Source: Eledone cirrhosa (taxonomy: Eukaryota). From it: DNA of 64,000 nt. The position numbers and the translations under genes are program-made. Below the pieces are notes generated by a model that was given only the letters and a program-made list of their open reading frames with translations, was not told the DNA's origin and did not search any database. Each line of letters starts with the position of its first letter. Positions within the stretch are counted from its first letter, which is position 1. Of this stretch, positions 59,383 to 64,000 are shown piece after piece. The stretch spans positions 11,284,001 through 11,348,000 of the forward strand of contig OZ024758.1 in the NCBI GenBank assembly GCA_964016885.1. Direction: 5' to 3'.

Positions 59383-61121
59383 CTACATAGTTTGGTTTAA
59401 ATTGAAAATTGCAACAGTTCGACTTCATTTATTTCATTAATACCCATAAGGAAATTATGTACATAATTCAATTGTATTTAAACTGCTGTGGAAAATGTCA
59501 AGCTTCGAGTCTATGTAATCAATATTATGGATTTTGTCAGAATACTAAGACCAACTAAACAGTGATGTTGGTAATATATTTTCTATTTTGTTTACATAGA
59601 AAATACTATTTATCTAATCGATAAAATCTATGCATAAATAAATCATTTACAGGCATTCTAGAGAATAATTATGAGGTGAGGAAAGGTGAAGAGATGTGAG
59701 GGGAGGTGAAGGTGAAGTAAGATTACAAGGTGTGTCATTGCTTATAGCATATTGCTTCATAATTATTACACAAGTTAATGTGTCAACGTGGAATAACATC
59801 ACTTATAAACTGAATTATTTTGGTGCTAATAATGATCGATTTTATTTTTTTAGACAAATACAAGATCAGAAGATTTTATGGTAGGTAAATAGAAATTGTG
59901 TATCACACATGATTTAGTTAGAGTGACTGACTGTTATGTCATAGGTCAATTAACACATGTGTCAACACAATTATAGCTACTTATTTCTTAGAAATAATGT
60001 TGTACTGAAGATATAATTATCATCTGATATCTGAATATCCTCAGATTTCACTCTTCAGTCTTTCATAACTGTCATAACTTACGAATATATGACAGGGTTG
60101 ACAATAGTTTAGTGGTGTTAACAATGACCTTCATCTTAAGAGCAGTTTCCTAGGTCACCAGAATTAAGTGAAAGCTACTCAGTCTTTAACAACATTCCCC
60201 GTTGTTCTTGCCACTGATGATGAGTGTTTATCTTCCTCTGTACATTTAACCAAACATGAGTTCTTGGTGGTACCAATGAAGTGTGATTGTATATTCTTTT
60301 GTTGGAGATTCTCAGATCAATAATTACTTCTTTTGATCATGGCCATTAGTAATGAAGCGTAACTTTTATGTCTTTCACCAAAGAATCAATAGTGCTGTAG
60401 AATTGAATTGGTTGATAATGGATCCCCGCAACCAACAGGCGGCTTACACTTCATTGTAGTCTTGTTAAAACACTTGAAGGCAAATACAAATAAATCTGGG
60501 AATGTGTGAATCTTTAGTAAACAGTTGGCTCAATAACATTGAAGTGTTTTGTCCTGATTACATCTCTGACCACAATAATACACCATTCCGTGGTTTCAGA
60601 ATTGAATTTATGAGACAACAATCAACCAGTTAATTGGTGAATTTGGATATATAATGTCATTAATAAGTAGCATACAGACCTGTCAACTCTCCTCATCTGA
60701 CCGGGAGATCTCCCATTCACTTTGGGGTGGATGAGAGTTGTCTTCTCTTGTGAAAATAGGTATAGCTTTCATTATGTAAAATCTCCCCAATTTTGCCTTA
60801 TATCTCCCCATTTTGGGGCCCATTTTTTCATGGTACTCCGTTTCGTTTTTTTTAGAGGCTAGCAGATCTGAAGATGTATGATCAGTGATTACTTTAATTC
60901 TGTCTTATGTGGCTGGGTAAGCTTGATTATGCTGAGCATGGAATTTCTATAAATCATAAACCTATCTTGCTAACATTTCCATTCCTCAACCACATTAAAT
61001 ATTGATGTGAAATAAAACTAACCAGAGGATCAAAATTAGAGAAAAAAACCTGGCTTACCGAATAGTCTATTCTCATGCATTAGTTTCTTCTACTATATAA
61101 CTGTTCTCACATCTCTTGAGT

Positions 61122-61348
61122 TTAACCCTTTACCATTTACATTACTCTATATACACTATTGTATTTTCGCGGTAAATACTTTATTTCACATAATTATCTC
61201 ATATAATATTGAATCTATGAGATTTTGATATCATTTATTTTGAGAATAACACCTTAATGTTGGATAAGCAGCCAGTTACGTCTGGTTTGAACAGAGAGAG
61301 GTGAGAGAATTCTGGCCGGATGCAGCCGGTTTAAATGCTAAAGAGTTG
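61122..61348. mobile_element. piggyBac-like MITE (reverse copy)
   Basis: ttaaccctttaccattta...taaatgctaaagagttga, homologous to 47742-47983. Confidence 0.65.
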
Positions 61349-61403
61349 AAGAGAAATCACTTAACATTATGAGACATATCAATATATTTATAAGACTACT
61401 TAC

Positions 61404-61472
61404 CTCAATTGACATAATAGCACCACCCAAACACATTATAAGCAGAAATATTGGGCTGGCAGATTTGATAAC
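61404..61472 (-). CDS. GPR158-like GPCR exon (TM2)
   Basis: Encodes VIKSASPIFLLIMCLGGAIMSIE, containing the class C IKxASP motif. TAG / GTAAGT borders. Confidence 0.88.
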
Positions 61473-61984
61473 CTAGAAATATGAGAAGAAAAACTGTCTT
61501 TTAGTTTTCTGAAGTAAAATACTAACAACCAGAGATCAAAACATTCCGAGGTCAACTTTGCCTTTCATCCTTTCGAGGTTGATTCTTCATCTATATCTTT
61601 TCCTCTCTTGCTCTCTCTTACTTTCTATCCTTCCCTGGAAGATATCTGCTGTATTTAGACCTGGAGAGGAGATGGGTTCTGCCAGGTTTAAAAAAAATGC
61701 CCTTGAAACACTGTTTGCTACTGTGGGGGCCCCTTACGACTCCATCATGTATGCTCTGAAATTTATATTTCAAGACGATTTTATAGCCATGTTTATAATG
61801 ATTCCTGATTTAGGTACAAGGCCAACAATCTTTTAAAGAAGTGGGGAAAGTCGATTACATCGACCCCAGTACATTACTGGTACTTTATTTTATCTACCCC
61901 ATAAGGATGAAAGGCAGTCATGTTTTTAATGATAATATTTTCTGATACTTAAACATAATAATGTTACAAATATAAACAACTCAC

Positions 61985-62320
61985 CAGCTGGCTACGTTTA
62001 TGGCAAACAATGGCTGCCAAGGCAACCATAATAAACAATGTTATTCCTGACATTATCAAAATCATGACGCGTAAAGCAATATTTGGTTGATGCATGCAGG
62101 GTGATGAATCAATACAGATGTCACAATAACGGGCGCAGGGTAAACATTGGAAAGTACTGGCATTATTAGATGTATTTAATTCATTCTGACCATAAAAATC
62201 TTCGACTTCAGAACCATTGAAATATTGTGCATCTTGATTTTTATAAGGAAAATAATAACCATCTCGGCATTTACAGATATAGCAGCCCCGCCGGAAACCA
62301 CATTTGGATATATGAACACA
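61985..62320 (-). CDS. GPR158-like GPCR exon (Cys-rich/EGF-like region + TM1)
   Basis: Encodes CVHISKCGFRRGCYICKCRDGYYFP...FNGSEVE...QCLPCARYCDICIDSSPC, then the hydrophobic ALRVMILIMSGITLFIMVALAAIV. tttcAG / GTGAGT borders, 112 codons. Confidence 0.92.
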
Positions 62321-62863
62321 CTGAAATATAAAAAATTATTTCTAGTATAGACACAAGGCCAGTAAGTTGGGGGGGCAAGGGGAGTCGATTAAATCAATGC
62401 AAGTACATTACTGGTACTTTATTTTATCGACCCCGTAAGGACGAAAGGCAAAGTTAACCTCGGTGGGATTTGAACTCAGACCGTAAAAGGCTGTAAACTG
62501 AAATATAAAAGTAAGAACAATTTATATCGGGGTCGATAAAATAAAGCACCAGTAAAGTACTGGTGTAATTGCTGGCCTTGTGCCAAAAGTAGAAACAATT
62601 ATTATTATTATCATCATCATCATCATCATTATTATTGTCCATATCTTATGGTTAACAATAGCAATAACAATTATTATAAAAGAGAATTATTATTTCTACT
62701 GAGATAATATGTATTTATTATATTTAACTTTACACATTCATTAAAAGCAAAACAAAGCAAAACAAATAAATAAGCTTCCAATTTAAATCAACTCTGCTTA
62801 ATTCACAGAATCATTAGTTTTTATTCCTATATTGTATTTCAATAGAAAAGAAGCAAGTTCTAC

Positions 62864-63080
62864 CGTTGTTGTTTTCTGGCAGCTGTGTGTTCCTCGAAAT
62901 ATATCCACAATCTTCTTTGCTTCTCCATCTTTGCCAATATTTTGTTGTTTAGTTTTAACAAAACCGTCTTTGTTCTCTGCTATAGTTGCACCTTTTACTA
63001 CATCCACTATATTCCCCTCCTCTTCATCACATTGATTAATGTCAATATTTGTTAGTTCGATATCGATTGTAGCGACACCT
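62864..63080 (-). CDS. GPR158-like GPCR exon
   Basis: Encodes GVATIDIELTNIDINQCD...VDIFRGTHSCQKTTT. CAG acceptor; the GTAGAA donor is weak but in phase with the next exon. Confidence 0.85.
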
Positions 63081-63775
63081 CTGCTTTCATAGAAAAATAT
63101 TTCGAAAATGACAAAAAAAAAAAAAAAAAGCGAGAAGAAACAAAAACGAAAAAAAAAAAGGAATTATAAAAACATTAACGTCAATAATTTACATAATGGA
63201 TGACTGAGGTGGGGTAGAAGAGCAGAACTGTGGGAACTTGGGATATAATACCATGTGGTGTTTAATCAATACCTTCTACGATGTGATTTCTAATTAACGC
63301 TGAGCTCACCCTTGTAGTGTTGATAAAATATAATACCAGTTATATATTGAGGATCGATGTGATAAACTATTGTGTAAAACGACAACATTTGAAGCCTTGT
63401 ACTTATTTTAGAAGGCGGTGAATTGGTGGAGTCGTTAGAACGTCAGATAGAATGCTTTGTAGTATTAGTTCCGACTTTCTGTTCTCTGAGTTCAAATCCT
63501 ACCGCGGTCAACTTTGCCTTTCATCCTTTTAAGGTCGATAAAAATATACCAGTCAAGTACTGGGGATTGATTGTTTTTCTATATCTATTTTTTCACTTCC
63601 ATTTTTCCATTCTCCATCTTTTTCTGGAAGAAATCTGATGTATTCGCCTTCTGTTCTCGCCGTAAGTCAATAAAATTAACCTTGAAGCTATTGTTACAGC
63701 AAGGCCGCAACATTCAACTGAATGTATTAGTAACGTATAACATAATAAGCTATAATAAATATAAAACCATCTTAC

Positions 63776-63946
63776 CTGAAATATATTTTTCTCTTTGGAC
63801 TTATCCATAGTATTGGTGCTGAAAATGTCACCATCCAAATGTTACCACCACCACAGTCAAAATAAGGGTTTGTCCAGTATCCATTCGCAAGAGTCGCTAC
63901 AGCATAAGTATTCATCTGTGACATCCAGCTCCCTTTTCTTATGTGA
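63776..63946 (-). CDS. GPR158/GPR179-like class C GPCR, internal exon (Cache-like ectodomain)
   Basis: Encodes HIRKGSWMSQMNTYAVATLANGYWTNPYFDCGGGNIWMVTFSAPILW...YFR. The WTxPYFDCGG-W-T-S-P motif is typical of the family. AG/GTAAG borders, phase 2 to 2. Upstream exons lie beyond the window. Confidence 0.88.
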
Positions 63947-64000
63947 CTAAAATTATTGAAATAAAGAAAGTTTGGTCATCTTTTAACAAATAAATTGTTT

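Overview
Eukaryotic, AT-rich and microsatellite-dense genomic DNA. The repeat content resembles an octopus/coleoid cephalopod genome (inferred, not proven). Two spliced genes were assembled by hand from GT-AG sites and reading phase. (1) A + strand secreted PAN/apple + C-type lectin gene (22841-31094) whose terminal, sugar-binding exon is duplicated at 37009-37241 as a second intact, diverged version. (2) Ten exons of a - strand GPR158/GPR179-like class C GPCR (63946 down to 45324; its 5' end lies outside the window). The rest is a decayed Penelope-like retroelement (RT + GIY-YIG), CR1 and RTE-type LINE fragments, many tRNA-derived SINEs, MITEs, a Helitron-like element and many minisatellites. 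The most unusual signal is about a dozen type I hammerhead-ribozyme motifs from several unrelated short repeat families. They are mostly inserted in (TA)n tracts as head-to-head palindromes, and one set forms a 310-nt tandem resembling a retrozyme. Inverted copies of such repeats flank the duplicated lectin exons in a layout resembling a docking-site/selector system. Nearly all ORFs in the supplied track are microsatellite artefacts.
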